Below, in pieces: positions 34,301 to 44,071 of a stretch of 64,000 nt of DNA (position 1 is the stretch's first letter; each line of letters starts with the position of its first letter). Origin of the DNA: an uncultured Gammaproteobacteria bacterium (lineage in GTDB: Bacteria; Pseudomonadota; Gammaproteobacteria; CAWCPV01). The DNA lies in NCBI GenBank assembly GCA_963797555.1, contig CAWCPV010000004.1, positions 480,001 through 544,000 of the forward strand. Direction: 5' to 3'. The notes under the pieces are model-generated. The model was not told the DNA's origin. It did not search any database and saw only the letters and a program-made list of their open reading frames with translations. Made by a program: the position numbers and the translations under genes.

Positions 34301-36996
34301 CCCTCGGCAAGCAGCTTACGGAAGGCTCCGAGCAGTTTGGCGATGTCCTCGAAGTGCAGGCCCGTCGTCGGCTCGTCGAACAGGAACAGTGTCGCCCCCC
34401 GGCGCCGCCCACGGGTCTCCGCCAGATGGCCCGCCAGCTTGAGCCGCTGGGCCTCGCCTCCGGATAGCGTCGGCACCGGCTGACCGAGGCGCAGGTAGTC
34501 CAGGCCGACCGCGGCCAGAGGCTGTACCGCGCCCAGGATGTCCGCCCGGTCGGCAAAGAAGCCGACGGCCTCCGACACGGTCATGTCCAGGATGTCGGCG
34601 ACGGACCGGCCCGGCCCGCCGCCGGCGGGGAACAGCTTCACCTCCAGCACCTCGTCGCGGTAGCGCCGGCCGTTGCAGTCCGGGCAGCGCAGGTAGACGT
34701 CGCTCAGGAACTGCATCTCGACGTGCTCGAACCCGTTGCCGCCGCACGTGGGGCAGCGGCCGTTCCCGGAGTTGAAGCTGAACGTGCCGGCGGTGTAGCC
34801 GCGCTCGCGCGCCAGCGGCTCGGCCGCGAACAGCTTGCGGATGGCGTTTAGCGCGCCCACGTAGCTCGCCGGGTTCGATCGTGTGGTCTTGCCGATGGGC
34901 GACTGATCGACCAGCACCACCTCGTGGAGGTACTCGTGCCCCCGAAGGCCCCGGTGCCGCCCCGCCGCCTCCACGGGCCTGCCCTGGAGCTTGCGCAGGG
35001 CGTTGTAGAGCACGTCCTGGACCAGCGTGGACTTCCCGGAGCCGCTCACCCCGGTGACGCACACCAGGCGCTGGAGCGGGATGCGGAGGTCGATGTCCTT
35101 GAGGTTGTGAGCGGCGGCGCCCAGCACCTCCAAGTGAAGGGACGACGGGGCAGGGGGGATGGCTCCAGGGGCCTCGACGGTCCTGCGGCCGCTCAGGTAC
35201 TGCGCCGTCAGGGAGGCATCGGAGCGCACCAGCGCCTGCGGGGTGCCGAAGAACACCACCTCGCCGCCGCGCTCGCCGGGGCCGGGCCCCAGGTCCAGAA
35301 CGCGGTCTGCGGCGAGCATGACCTGGGGGTCGTGCTCCACCACGATGAGCGAGTTTCCCGCGTCGCGCAGGCGGTGCAGAACGCCGATGACCCTTCCCAT
35401 GTCCCGGGGGTGCAGCCCGATGCTGGGCTCGTCCAGCACGAAGAGCGTGTTCACGAGCGAGGTGCCCAGGGCCGTGGTGAGGTTGATGCGCTGCACCTCC
35501 CCGCCGCTCAGGGTGCGGGATTGGCGGTCCAGGGTGAGGTAGCCGAGGCCGACGTCCGCGAGATAGCCGAGGCGGGCGCGGATTTCCCCGAGCAGCAGCT
35601 CGGTGGCCTGGTCCAGCGGGGCGGGCAGGTGCAGGCTCGCGAAGAACTCGCGGCAGCGGGCGATAGCCAGGCACACCAGGTCGTGAAGCGTCAGGCCGGG
35701 CAGGGAGGCGTAAGCCTCGGGCGGGATCTCCAAGCCTGCCGGCCGGAACCGGTCCGCGGCGGGCAGCACCCGGCCGGCGTCCTCCCGGGTGCCGAGCCTC
35801 CACAGCAAAGCCTCGGGCTTGAGGCGTGCTCCCCGGCAGGCCGGGCACAGCTCGTAGGCCCGGTACTTGGAGAGCAGCACCCGGATGTGCATCTTGTAGC
35901 TCTTGGTCTCCAGCCACTGGAAGAAGCGGTTCACCCCGTACCAGAGGTTGTCCTCCCAGTCCCCCTCGCCCTCCAGCACCCAGCGCCGGTGCTCGGCTTC
36001 GAGATCCCGCCACGGCACGTCGGTCGGCACGCCGCGCTTCCGCGCGAAGCGCCGCAAATCCGCCTGACACTCGCGGTAGCTCTCGGTCTGCCACGGCTTG
36101 ACGGCGCCGTCCGAGAGCGTCTTCGATTCGTCCGGGACCACCAGGTCGTGGTCGATGCCCATGGTGCGGCCGAAGCCGCGGCAGGTCTCGCAGGCCCCGA
36201 TGGGCGAGTTGAAGGAGAACAGGTTGGGGACCGGGTCGCGGCAATGGAGGTCGCAGTCCGGGCAGTGCAGGTCCGCCGAGAAGCGCCAGGGGAGGGCGGA
36301 TGCGCCTTCGTCGTCCACGGAGTAAACCGCCACCCGGCCGCGCCCGTGGTGGAGCGCGGCTTCCAATGCCTCGACGATGCGCGAGCGGCGCTCGGCCGAA
36401 AGGCGCACCCGGTCCTGGACGACTTCGAGCAGCCCCGGGCTGCGCCGGTGGATCTTCGTGTAGCCCTGCTTCTCCAGCAGGGCGATCACTTCCGGCTCGG
36501 TGAAGCTCTCGGGGACCCGCACCGGAAAGGTGATCAGGGCGCGCGGCTGCCTTCCCCCCTCAGCCTTCGAGAGCAGCGCCTCGAAGATCGAATCCGGCGT
36601 ATCCCGGCGCACCGGCCGGCCGCATCCCCGGCAGAAAAGCTGCGCCGCCCGCGCGAACAGCAGCTTCAGGTGGTCGTTCAGCTCCGTCATCGTGCCCACG
36701 GTGGAGCGCGAGGTACGCACCGGGTTGGTCTGGTCGATGGCGATGGCGGGCGGGATGCCATCGATGCGCTCCGCCTGCGGCTTGTCCATGCGGTCGAGGA
36801 ACTGGCGGGCGTAGGGAGAGAAGGTCTCCACGTAGCGCCGCTGCCCCTCGGCGTAGACGGTGTCGAAGGCGAGCGACGACTTGCCCGAGCCGCTGACGCC
36901 GGTCACCACGATCAGCTCGCCGAGCGGAAGCTCCAGATCCAAGCCCTTCAGGTTGTTCTGGCGGGCGCCCCGGATGAGGATGGAATGGCTGCTCAA
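31309..36996 (-). CDS. uvrA: Double-length (four ATPase domain) UvrA
   Basis: 1895 aa, four GVSGSGKS and four LSGGE motifs, zinc fingers. Confidence 0.95.
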   Translation of the reverse strand: MSSHSILIRGARQNNLKGLDLELPLGELIVVTGVSGSGKSSLAFDTVYAEGQRRYVETFSPYARQFLDRMDKPQAERIDGIPPAIAIDQTNPVRTSRSTVGTMTELNDHLKLLFARAAQLFCRGCGRPVRRDTPDSIFEALLSKAEGGRQPRALITFPVRVPESFTEPEVIALLEKQGYTKIHRRSPGLLEVVQDRVRLSAERRSRIVEALEAALHHGRGRVAVYSVDDEGASALPWRFSADLHCPDCDLHCRDPVPNLFSFNSPIGACETCRGFGRTMGIDHDLVVPDESKTLSDGAVKPWQTESYRECQADLRRFARKRGVPTDVPWRDLEAEHRRWVLEGEGDWEDNLWYGVNRFFQWLETKSYKMHIRVLLSKYRAYELCPACRGARLKPEALLWRLGTREDAGRVLPAADRFRPAGLEIPPEAYASLPGLTLHDLVCLAIARCREFFASLHLPAPLDQATELLLGEIRARLGYLADVGLGYLTLDRQSRTLSGGEVQRINLTTALGTSLVNTLFVLDEPSIGLHPRDMGRVIGVLHRLRDAGNSLIVVEHDPQVMLAADRVLDLGPGPGERGGEVVFFGTPQALVRSDASLTAQYLSGRRTVEAPGAIPPAPSSLHLEVLGAAAHNLKDIDLRIPLQRLVCVTGVSGSGKSTLVQDVLYNALRKLQGRPVEAAGRHRGLRGHEYLHEVVLVDQSPIGKTTRSNPASYVGALNAIRKLFAAEPLARERGYTAGTFSFNSGNGRCPTCGGNGFEHVEMQFLSDVYLRCPDCNGRRYRDEVLEVKLFPAGGGPGRSVADILDMTVSEAVGFFADRADILGAVQPLAAVGLDYLRLGQPVPTLSGGEAQRLKLAGHLAETRGRRRGATLFLFDEPTTGLHFEDIAKLLGAFRKLLAEGHSLLVIEHNLEVIRAADWIIDLGPEGGDAGGQVVCTGTPQEVAAHATSHTGRALREIQAGIGASAVPPAEAPSREPAAVAETGGPAGPARDNSVSIHRAREHNLKNVDIRIPQDRFTVITGVSGSGKSTVAFDILFAEGQRRYLESLNAYARQFVQPASRPDVDAIFGIPPTVAIEQRTSRGGRKSTVATMTEIYHFLRLLFVKLGTQYCPDCDLPIEPQTPETILARILRDYRGRTVSLLAPLVVARKGYYTDLAKWAAAKGFSSFRVDGEPTPTDPWPRLDRFKEHDIELPVGEITAGARAEPELRRVLARALDLGKGVVRVAAAGGAGAGGARARRGRRGEGTPSSDAMTVGEALFSTRRACPGCGRSFEALDPRLFSYNSKHGWCQRCYGTGLDLPGFEADQSGEEIWWNDWWEGQERPCSACHGRRLRPEALAVRFRERSIAELTEMSVTAAERFFRSLRLRGREAEIARDILPELRSRLAFLREVGLSYLALERSAPSLSGGEAQRIRLASQLGSNLRGVCYILDEPTIGLHPRDNRMLLDTLGRLEDKGNTVVVVEHDEDTIRRAEYVVDLGPAAGVNGGRVVAEGTLEELMRSPESVTGRFLAEPLRHPLMERRPTDPDTDPHLAITGAALHNLKDLQVRVPLRRLVCVTGVSGSGKSTLVREVLHENLKQLLHDSRRGQRPRSAARLHGCREVRGWEALRRVLEVDQTPIGKTPRSCPATYVGLWDAIRRLFAATPDARMRGYGPGRFSFNVAGGRCAACEGQGVKTMEMSFLPDVKVLCEVCRGARFNPETLAVSFKDQSIGEVLAMSVDQATAFFAAQPSVHHVLRLLQDVGLGYLTLGQPSPTLSGGEAQRIKLVTELAKARPGAGETGPEAWGEQRPAAGAQTLYVLDEPTIGLHMADVEKLVRVLHRLVAAGNTVVVIEHNLDVIAEADWVIDLGPEGGDGGGQVVSQGTPEGIARSRGSHTARFLRPILEQRGSPPRPPEV

Positions 36997-37228
36997 GCTG
37001 AGGTGTCGACGGAGTTGGAGGCACTCACGAGAAGGGATCCTCCCACGCGGGAGGATGCGTACGGCACCGGGCAGTGTAAGGGAAATGGAGGCCGGTTAGC
37101 GAGGAGGGCTGTAGCGCCAAAAGTTGTAATATCCCCTGGGCCGAGGTGCGCCAGCGTGCCGGAGTCGGTACCACAGCGCTCAACCCGTATGGTAGTCTTC
37201 GAAGAACACACTGAACACAGAGAACACC

Positions 37229-37507
37229 ATGCAAAGCAAAGGCAAGAGCGTGTCCGTACGGCTGGACGACGACACCCTGGAGCGCTTGGAAACTCTGGCT
37301 AAGACCATGGATCGTCCCCGCGCCTGGGTGATGGCTCAGGCCATCCGTCAGTATGTGGAGGCCCAGTCCTGGCAGGTCGCGGCCATCCGGCAGGCCACGG
37401 AACGAATTCACAAAGGCGAAGCGAAGTTCGCGGCGCATGAGGAGGTCGAAGCCTGGCTGGAGACCTGGGGTAACGATGATGAGAAGGCGCCCCCGGAGTG
37501 CCGCTGA
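37229..37507 (+). CDS. CopG/RHH antitoxin
   Basis: VSVRLDDDTLERLETLAKTMDRPRAWV..AIRQY. Confidence 0.85.
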   Translation: MQSKGKSVSVRLDDDTLERLETLAKTMDRPRAWVMAQAIRQYVEAQSWQVAAIRQATERIHKGEAKFAAHEEVEAWLETWGNDDEKAPPECR

Positions 37508-37788
37508 GCCTGCGTTGGCAAGAAGACGCTATCGCTGACCTTCAGGCACTGCGAGCCTACATCGCACAGGATAACCCGCGGGCCGCATCACGGGTTGCAA
37601 GGCAAATACGGGAAGCGGTTGGCCGGCTGCGCGATCAACCAGCGATGGGCAGACTCGGCAGGGTGCCGAATACACGCGAGTGGGTGGTCCCCGGAACTCC
37701 CTACGTACTGGCTTACCGGGTGGACGAGAGGATGCTTACAGTGCTCCGGCTGCTTCACGGGGCGATGCGATGGCCGATGTCATTCTGA
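37498..37788 (+). CDS. RelE/ParE toxin
   Basis: YIAQDNPRAA..PAMGRLGRVPNTRE..PYVLAYRV..LLHGAMRWP. Confidence 0.88.
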   Translation: MPLSLRWQEDAIADLQALRAYIAQDNPRAASRVARQIREAVGRLRDQPAMGRLGRVPNTREWVVPGTPYVLAYRVDERMLTVLRLLHGAMRWPMSF

Positions 37789-37847
37789 CGGAACTCGTCG
37801 CGAGGATTAGCGATAGTGTAGATTTGCCGACGCACGACATCTCATGC

Positions 37848-37878
37848 GGCGCAATACCCTGAGGCTATTGCGCCCTAC
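37848..37878 (-). repeat. GTAG-type REP hairpin
   Basis: Minus strand GTAG-GGCGCAATA-loop-TATTGCGCC. Confidence 0.55.
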
Positions 37879-38150
37879 GCGGGGTGTAACGCCAAGGTCG
37901 TAACGTCCCCTGGGCCAAGGTATCCGCACGCTGTGGTGCCGCGGTGCCAAGCATACCGACAAGGGTCCACCCCGTGCGTCTCATTTCGCTCCGGCGAAAT
38001 GTTTTCCGTGAGTGCCTTCATCCAGGTGGACACGTGCGACCCAGCGGGACTGGAGCGGTGGTCTGCGCCGTTGCGCCCGACCGCCTTGATCGCTTTGCGC
38101 GCGGCCACTACACTGCTCCCACCCTAGGCCGGTGAATTTCGAATCCTTTC

Positions 38151-39719
38151 ATGATGTCTGCTAAAGGGTTATGGTCTTCAGAGGTCGAAGCACTTGAAAC
38201 GGCGGTGGAAGAGGCTGCGCGCTCAACGGAAAAGGGTGTTGAACGGTTCGTTGAACCAGCGCATGGAGTACTTCGCCGGGCTGTCTCCGCGCGGAATCAC
38301 CTGATCTTCGGACGCCGCGGGTCCGGGAAGTATAGTCTCCTCCGGAAAGCCTGTGCAGAGCTCACGGTCCAGCGGCGACCAATTGCCTACGTGGACTTGG
38401 AGCCGTTCAAGGGCCATAGCTATCCAGATGTCCTGCTCAGCGTCTTAATCGAAGCCTTCGAGCGGTTTGCCGAATGGCTAGAAACTGCGGCAGTCAATCC
38501 CGCTCACAAGGCCTCCTTTTGGAAGAGGCTCTTTGGCACGAAACCGAAGCAGCCGCCCTTAAACCGGAAAGAAGCGGATAGGCTCGCCACCCAGCTCAGG
38601 TCCAAGGTAAGAGAGCTGGAAGCCGAATTACATCGACACGACTCGGTCCAAACGGAGGCGCTGGATCGGCTGGAAGCACAGAAGAATTCTGGCTCATCGA
38701 TCGGTGGACATGTTGGCACCGAACGGTTGCAAGTTCAGGCGGGGGCGAAGCAAGGCCAAAGCCACTTGGCGACGCGGGAAGTACGGCGCACATTTGCCGA
38801 CAAAAAGAGGGACTTCCTTCATCGTCACATCCAGGAATACCGACAGCTATTTCGAAGCATCTCAGAATTGGCTTGCGGCGATTGCTACCTCGTCTTGGAC
38901 GACGCGTACCACATCCGACGAGCGGACCAACCATTAGTCATCGACTATTTTCACCGCGTTTCAAAGGGAAACAGGCTGTGGCTCAAGATTGGAACAATAA
39001 GGCATCGCTCGAGTTGGTACGTGAACGGCGATCCTCCCACCGGCATGAAAATTGGCGATGACGCCGATGAAATAAGTCTTGACCTGAGCCTAGAAAAGTT
39101 TCGCAATACTCGCGATTTTCTTCTCCAGATCATAGATGGCTTCTTCAAGGCCTGTGAGTTGAGCCGCAGGGATCTTGTGACCGATGGCGCGGTTGACCGG
39201 CTTGTACTCGCGAGCGGGGGTGTTGCGAGAGACTTCCTCGGTATCTTTCGCCGGGGCATCGACCAGGCGCGAGAGCGGCACGATGATAAGCGGCCCAAGT
39301 TGAACGCTGAAGATGTCAACAATGCCGCCGGTGAGTATGACAAGTCGAAACAGCAAGAATTCCGTCGCGATACCTCCGAAGATATTTCTGAGCTAGAGAT
39401 CGAATTCGGGAGAATCCGCGACTTCTGTACTCGGCGGACCAAGAAGAACGTGTTTCTAGTAGACAAGGACTCACCAGGAACTTTTCGTGATCGATTGGAG
39501 GAACTTGTAGACTTGCGCCTAGTTCACAGAGTGAACTCTCGCGTGACCGTCAGTGGTAGGAAGAGCAAGCTGTACGAAGCTTTCATGCTTGACATCAGTC
39601 AATACACGGCTGCACGCAAGATCAGGGATTTCGAGATTATCGAATTCTGGCGCCAAGATCGGCGTGACCGCATTCGGCTGTTATCGATCATCTGCGAGCC
39701 GGAGGGGGCCTCCGTTTGA
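38151..39719 (+). CDS. Uncharacterised P-loop ATPase
   Basis: HLIFGRRGSGKY (Walker A), YLVLDDAY (Walker B), SGGVARDFL; visibly lower GC than its flanks. Confidence 0.75.
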   Translation: MMSAKGLWSSEVEALETAVEEAARSTEKGVERFVEPAHGVLRRAVSARNHLIFGRRGSGKYSLLRKACAELTVQRRPIAYVDLEPFKGHSYPDVLLSVLIEAFERFAEWLETAAVNPAHKASFWKRLFGTKPKQPPLNRKEADRLATQLRSKVRELEAELHRHDSVQTEALDRLEAQKNSGSSIGGHVGTERLQVQAGAKQGQSHLATREVRRTFADKKRDFLHRHIQEYRQLFRSISELACGDCYLVLDDAYHIRRADQPLVIDYFHRVSKGNRLWLKIGTIRHRSSWYVNGDPPTGMKIGDDADEISLDLSLEKFRNTRDFLLQIIDGFFKACELSRRDLVTDGAVDRLVLASGGVARDFLGIFRRGIDQARERHDDKRPKLNAEDVNNAAGEYDKSKQQEFRRDTSEDISELEIEFGRIRDFCTRRTKKNVFLVDKDSPGTFRDRLEELVDLRLVHRVNSRVTVSGRKSKLYEAFMLDISQYTAARKIRDFEIIEFWRQDRRDRIRLLSIICEPEGASV

Positions 39720-40202
39720 ATTCGGACCCGGCTCCGCTCGGCGACCGTGGGGACGGTTTGTGCGGGGACTACGGCGCGAAATGCTGGAAGCCTGCGCCAC
39801 CGCCCCTTAGAGCTATCGGGGGATCTCGTTGCCCATCCGGCTGCTATATTGCGAGGGCCAGCCCTACTGCGGTCACTGCAAGACGGGCACTTCGACAGCC
39901 TCAGGACAGGGCATGGGACCAGACTGGCGCGATGTCTCCTCCATTACCGGCAGGAAGCTATACCGGTACTCGAGGCCGCAGAGGACACCAACGGATCCCG
40001 TACGCCGCGCTGGCGCAATAATTCTACAACTGGTCCAGCGCCGCATGCACCGCGAGGTCCGGCGGCCAGCAGATGTGCTGTTGTGCCGATGGGGTTCCTG
40101 AGTCGCCATGGTGCCGTTCCCCGCCCAGGCGGGAGTTACTGCCCTCCCTGAGCGCGGCAACGCGGATCGGATCGGTGAGGGACTGTGCAGACCGCGTAGG
40201 GC

Positions 40203-40443
40203 GAGGCGCCTCGGGGCTCACGCCCGGGAGGCGCCTCTATTTTGTATATGCCCGACGGGCTGCCCCGGAGGGCCTTCCGTGCGGACGGGACTCGCCTGCG
40301 CCATCTTCAACCCTTCGCCTCGGGCCGCAAACCGTGGTCGGCGGCCATTTCCGGAAGCGCTGCCCGGGCCGGTGAGGGTGGGGGCGCCCGCAACCGGTCG
40401 GTGGACAACACACGAGACGACCGGCGCCGTTGAAGGGGGGTAA
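40203..40443 (-). ncRNA. Structured trailer/spacer of DGR template RNA
   Basis: Non-coding, hairpin-rich (CCGGTCG..CGACCGG), ends in GAGGCGCCTC..GAGGCGCCTC stem; directly 3' of the TR. Confidence 0.55.
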
Positions 40444-40579
40444 AGATGTGGGACGCGCACACCAGCCGAAAACCCAGATTGTCGTTGCGGTTGTCGGGGG
40501 TGTTGTGGTTGCGGTAAGCCGCGCGCGCGTTGTCCGGATTGTTGTTCCAGGAGCCGCCGCGCACCACCCGTTGCTCGTT
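40444..40579 (-). repeat. DGR template repeat (TR)
   Basis: AAC-rich; conceptually [40 protein letters not shown]; matches the VR except at adenines. Confidence 0.95.
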
Positions 40580-40614
40580 GCCAGGGAGCCCCACCGGCCG
40601 AGGCCGGCGCGATG

Positions 40615-40643
40615 ATTGTGCCACGATCCCGGCGAGCCCGCAA
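40615..40643 (-). promoter_or_regulatory. Putative promoter for the TR RNA
   Basis: TTGCGG-17 nt-CACAAT with extended -10 TG. Confidence 0.5.
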
Positions 40644-40654
40644 AAAATCGCGCG

Positions 40655-40691
40655 GAGCGCGCTGCGCGCGCTCAATGCCGCTCACGCGGCA
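40655..40691 (-). promoter_or_regulatory. Two GC hairpins downstream of the VR (DGR target-recognition cruciforms)
   Basis: TGCCGC-GTGA-GCGGCA and GAGCGCGC-GCA-GCGCGCTC just after the target stop codon. Confidence 0.75.
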
Positions 40692-40706
40692 CCCAGTGGT
40701 CAGGGA

Positions 40707-43700
40707 TCAGGAGATGGGGGACGCGCACACCAGCCGAAAACCCAGACTGACGTCGCGGGCGCTCGGGGGGGTCGAGGCAGCGGCAAGCCGCGCGCGCGTA
40801 GGCCGGATTGACGTCCCAGGAGCCGCCGCGCACCACCCGAAGCACGCCTGACTCCGGCCCCCGGGGATTGTCCCGCGGGCTGCGGGCATAGTAGCCGGCG
40901 TCGTACCAATCCTCGACCCACTCCCAGACATTGCCCGCCATCTCATGGCAGCCGTACGGGCTGGCGCCGGCCGGATAGTGCCCGACGGGGGTCGTCCCGC
41001 GCCCGGAGACGTTGCACTTGTTGCCGTCCCAGCGCTCTCCCCAGGGGTAGCGGCGAGCGTCCGTGCCGCGGGCGGCCTTCTCCCACTGCGCCTCGGTGGG
41101 CAGCCGCTTGCCGCACCACTCGGCGTAGGCGCGGGCATCGTCCCAGGTCACGTTGACCACCGGGTGGCGCTCTTTGCCGGGCGCAAAGGCGCCGTGCCAG
41201 TCGCCCGCGGCCCGGTAGCCGGTCTCCTCGACGAAGCGGGCGTACTGGGCGTTGGCGACGGGGAACCGGTCAATCCAGTACTCGGCCAGGACGGCAGTGT
41301 GTTGTGGCCTCTCGTCGGCGGAGTCGCTGTCGCTGCCCATCCGGAACTCGCCCGCGGGCACGTGGACCAGGGGGTGGCCGAGCCTCTCCAAGAGGTCGAG
41401 GATGCGCGCGCGCAGGTGGGGGGCGGCGCGGGGCAGCTCGGCGTGCAGCAGGCGCAGGATGCGGCCCTGGTCGGCGAACAGCCTGGCTTCCGTGGCCTGG
41501 TCCGCCCCCTGGGTGAGGGCGAGCAACGCAGCAAGCGCCACTGCGGCCTCCACGCCCTCGCTCGAAACGGCATCGGCGAGGAACGCCTTCGCCCCCCAGC
41601 CAGAGAACGTCCGCCAGGGCGTCCGCCGCCGTCCTGGCGCCGGGCCGGTTCCTGCTGAACCAGGCCCTGCAGGTCGCCGACGATGGCCTCGGCGCTGCGG
41701 CGAAAGCTCGCGGTGTCCTGGGGGCGGGCGTCAGCGAGGCAGCCCGCGGCGAGCAGCAGATCCGTTTCGCGAAACCGTTCCAGGAGGAGTGTGGCATCGC
41801 CCTCCAGCCCGGCATAGAGCCGGATGACCTCCCGCCACCAGTCCTCCCCGGCATGGGCGAGCAGCGCCTCGGCGTCCCCGCGCTGGCGAAAGGCGCGTGC
41901 GGTGAAGAACTCCTGGAAGGTCAGGTGCACGAAGTCGTAGGAAATGCGAGATTTCTGGCGCAGCAGGCCGGTGTGGCGCATCAGCTCCTCGAGCAATTCG
42001 CCCGGGTCCGCCCCGCCGCAGCCGCAGGCGGGCAGGGCATCTTCGAGTGCTGCCAGCAGCCCGGCAAGCTCGAACACTCGCGTGCCCGCCTGGTGAAAGC
42101 GCGCGGCCACCTCGGTCAGGATCGCTTGCTGCTGCGCCGGGGAAAAGCGCGGCGCCCGCGTGACACCCCGCCGGCGGTCCCACTCGGCGGTGAGCAGCCC
42201 GACGCACTCCTCGTAGACCACCGCCCGGCGCTCCGGCAGGTCCCAGCGGTTCTCGTAGAGCAGCGTCATCAGGGACAGCAGCAGCGGGTTGCTCGCCAGG
42301 GCCCGCAGGCGCGGGCTGCGCCCGAGCGCCTGCAGCAGCCCCTCCACACGGCGCTCGCGCGCCTGCGCATCCGGCGTGTCTGCAAACCAGCCGTGCACGA
42401 AGGCCGCGATCTGCGCCTCCTTGAGCGCCTCCACCTCGAGCTGGCGATACCCGGTGAGGGTCCCCGGAAAACCCGCGATGCGCGAGGTCACCAGGATCTG
42501 ATTGCCCTCGCCGTGGCCGGTGCGCAGGCGGTTGACTTCCGCCACCACGCGCTGGCGCGCCGTCGGGTCCACCACCTCGTCGAGCGCGTCCAGCAGCAGC
42601 ATGCACTCGCCCCGCGCGAGCCTGCGGGCGAGGAAGCGCTCCCCGTGGGCGAACCGTGCACCTGCCAGGGCCTCGGCGAAATGCGCCTCGATCGGCCGGG
42701 CGTCGTGCGCGAGGTGGTTCAGCGTGAGGTAGACGGGCAGCGGGTAGCGCGTGGCGCGCTGCAGCACCCGGCGCAGCAGCGCGAGCGGCGGGCGTATCCA
42801 GTAGGGATAGAGCCAGAGGGCGACGCCGAGGCCCATCAGCCCGACGGCGAGCGGCCCGACCAAACCGGGTGCCGAGACTGTGTAGGCGAGCCCGCCCAAC
42901 GCGAGGCCGATGCCGACCAGGGTCGACTTGCGGCTGAACTTCACGGCGATCAGTAACAGCGCGACGAGGAACAGGACCCACAGTCCCAGGGCCGTGAGCG
43001 GCATGGGCGAGCGGAAGACCTGGGCGAGCCAGACGACCAGGGCCGCCAGGCTCGTGAGAAAACCCGGCCAAAAAACGCTCGCCCCGGACAGGAAACGGAT
43101 CGCGGGCTCCAGGATCCGGGTGAGGCGCGCGGGCATCAGGGCGCGGGCGAAGGGGGCGAGGCGCGGGTCCCGGCGGGCGAGCTGCAGCACCAGGTACTTC
43201 AGCAGGGTGGTCTTGCCGGAGCCGGGGTCCCCTAGCACCACCAGGCGCCGGCCGAGCGCAAGCGCCTCGGCAACGTCCACCGTGCGCCCGGCGTCGGGCA
43301 CGGGCAGCTCGTCGGCAGGGCCGGTCGGGGCATCGGGCTGCAGCGCCGGGGGACTGTGCGCGCCCACCTTGAGGCTCACGTAGATATGCTCCAGGTCGAG
43401 TGGTGTCGCCCGGCCGAGAAAGCTGAACTCGCGGTGCTGGGCCTCCAGGGTGCGCAGGTAGCGTCGAGTGTTGCGCCGCGCGAAAAGGGTGGCCGCGAGC
43501 CATGCCTGCCACCGCTGCCAGAGTCCGGGCGCACCCGCCGGCGGCGCCAGCCGCAAGCGATCCCATTGTCCGACCGAGATACTCACCTGCCGGCCCAGCT
43601 CCGTGGCGCTGTCGAAGAACCCGACCATTTGCTCGCACCCGAGCTCGCGGCGCAAGGCGGCGATGCGCCCGCCCGCCTCGTCGTCCCCGGTGGCGTCCTT

Positions 43701-44036
43701 CCACTCCTCCAGCCACGGCGTGCCGTCCTTCAGCAGGAACAGGCGGCACGGCTTGCCGGTCTCGAGCGCCTTGCGGTACTCCAGCTCGGTGATGGACCTC
43801 TGCCCGGGGTTGCCGTGCTCGGGCGGGGGCACGTAGCCGTAACGCCAGGCGAACAGACCCAGGTACAGGTCACAACCGGCCACGTCGGCCAGGCATTTCA
43901 CGACCGGGCGCTGGTCCGTGGCGACGTAGTCCTCCATCGCGATGACGTCGTGCCCCATCTGCCGCAGGGTGCGGTAGACCGTCTCGCGGTAGTCCTTGAG
44001 GTCAGCGTAGGTGGAGGAGACGTAGATCCTTGCCAT
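40707..44036 (-). CDS. DGR target: DUF4062-NACHT(with TM insert)-helical-FGE-sulfatase/C-lectin protein, with three 1-nt frameshifts as written
   Basis: IYVSSTYADL..SITELEY; GDPGSGKTT, LLLDALDE, VTSR, NPLLL, FVHLTFQEFF; FRMGS..RLPTEAQWEKAARG..MAGNVWEWV..RGGSW. Confidence 0.88.
40712..40848 (-). repeat. DGR variable region (VR)
   Basis: 22 substitutions versus the TR, all at TR adenines, plus one 1-nt insertion at 40762. Confidence 0.95.
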
Positions 44037-44071
44037 GGGCGCGTTTGTTACCGTCACCGCGACCGAGCGCG

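Noticed and set aside
32209-37302. Long plus-strand ORFs (752 and 792 aa) and similar antisense ORFs elsewhere
   Set aside because: Shadow ORFs of GC-rich genes on the opposite strand; no motifs.
39716-40200. Short ORFs downstream of the TR trailer as possible avd or RT remnants
   Set aside because: No recognisable four-helix-bundle or RT motifs in the listed ORFs.
40307-40675. 122-aa ORF containing [16 protein letters not shown]
   Set aside because: It is the conceptual translation of the DGR template repeat, not a likely protein gene.
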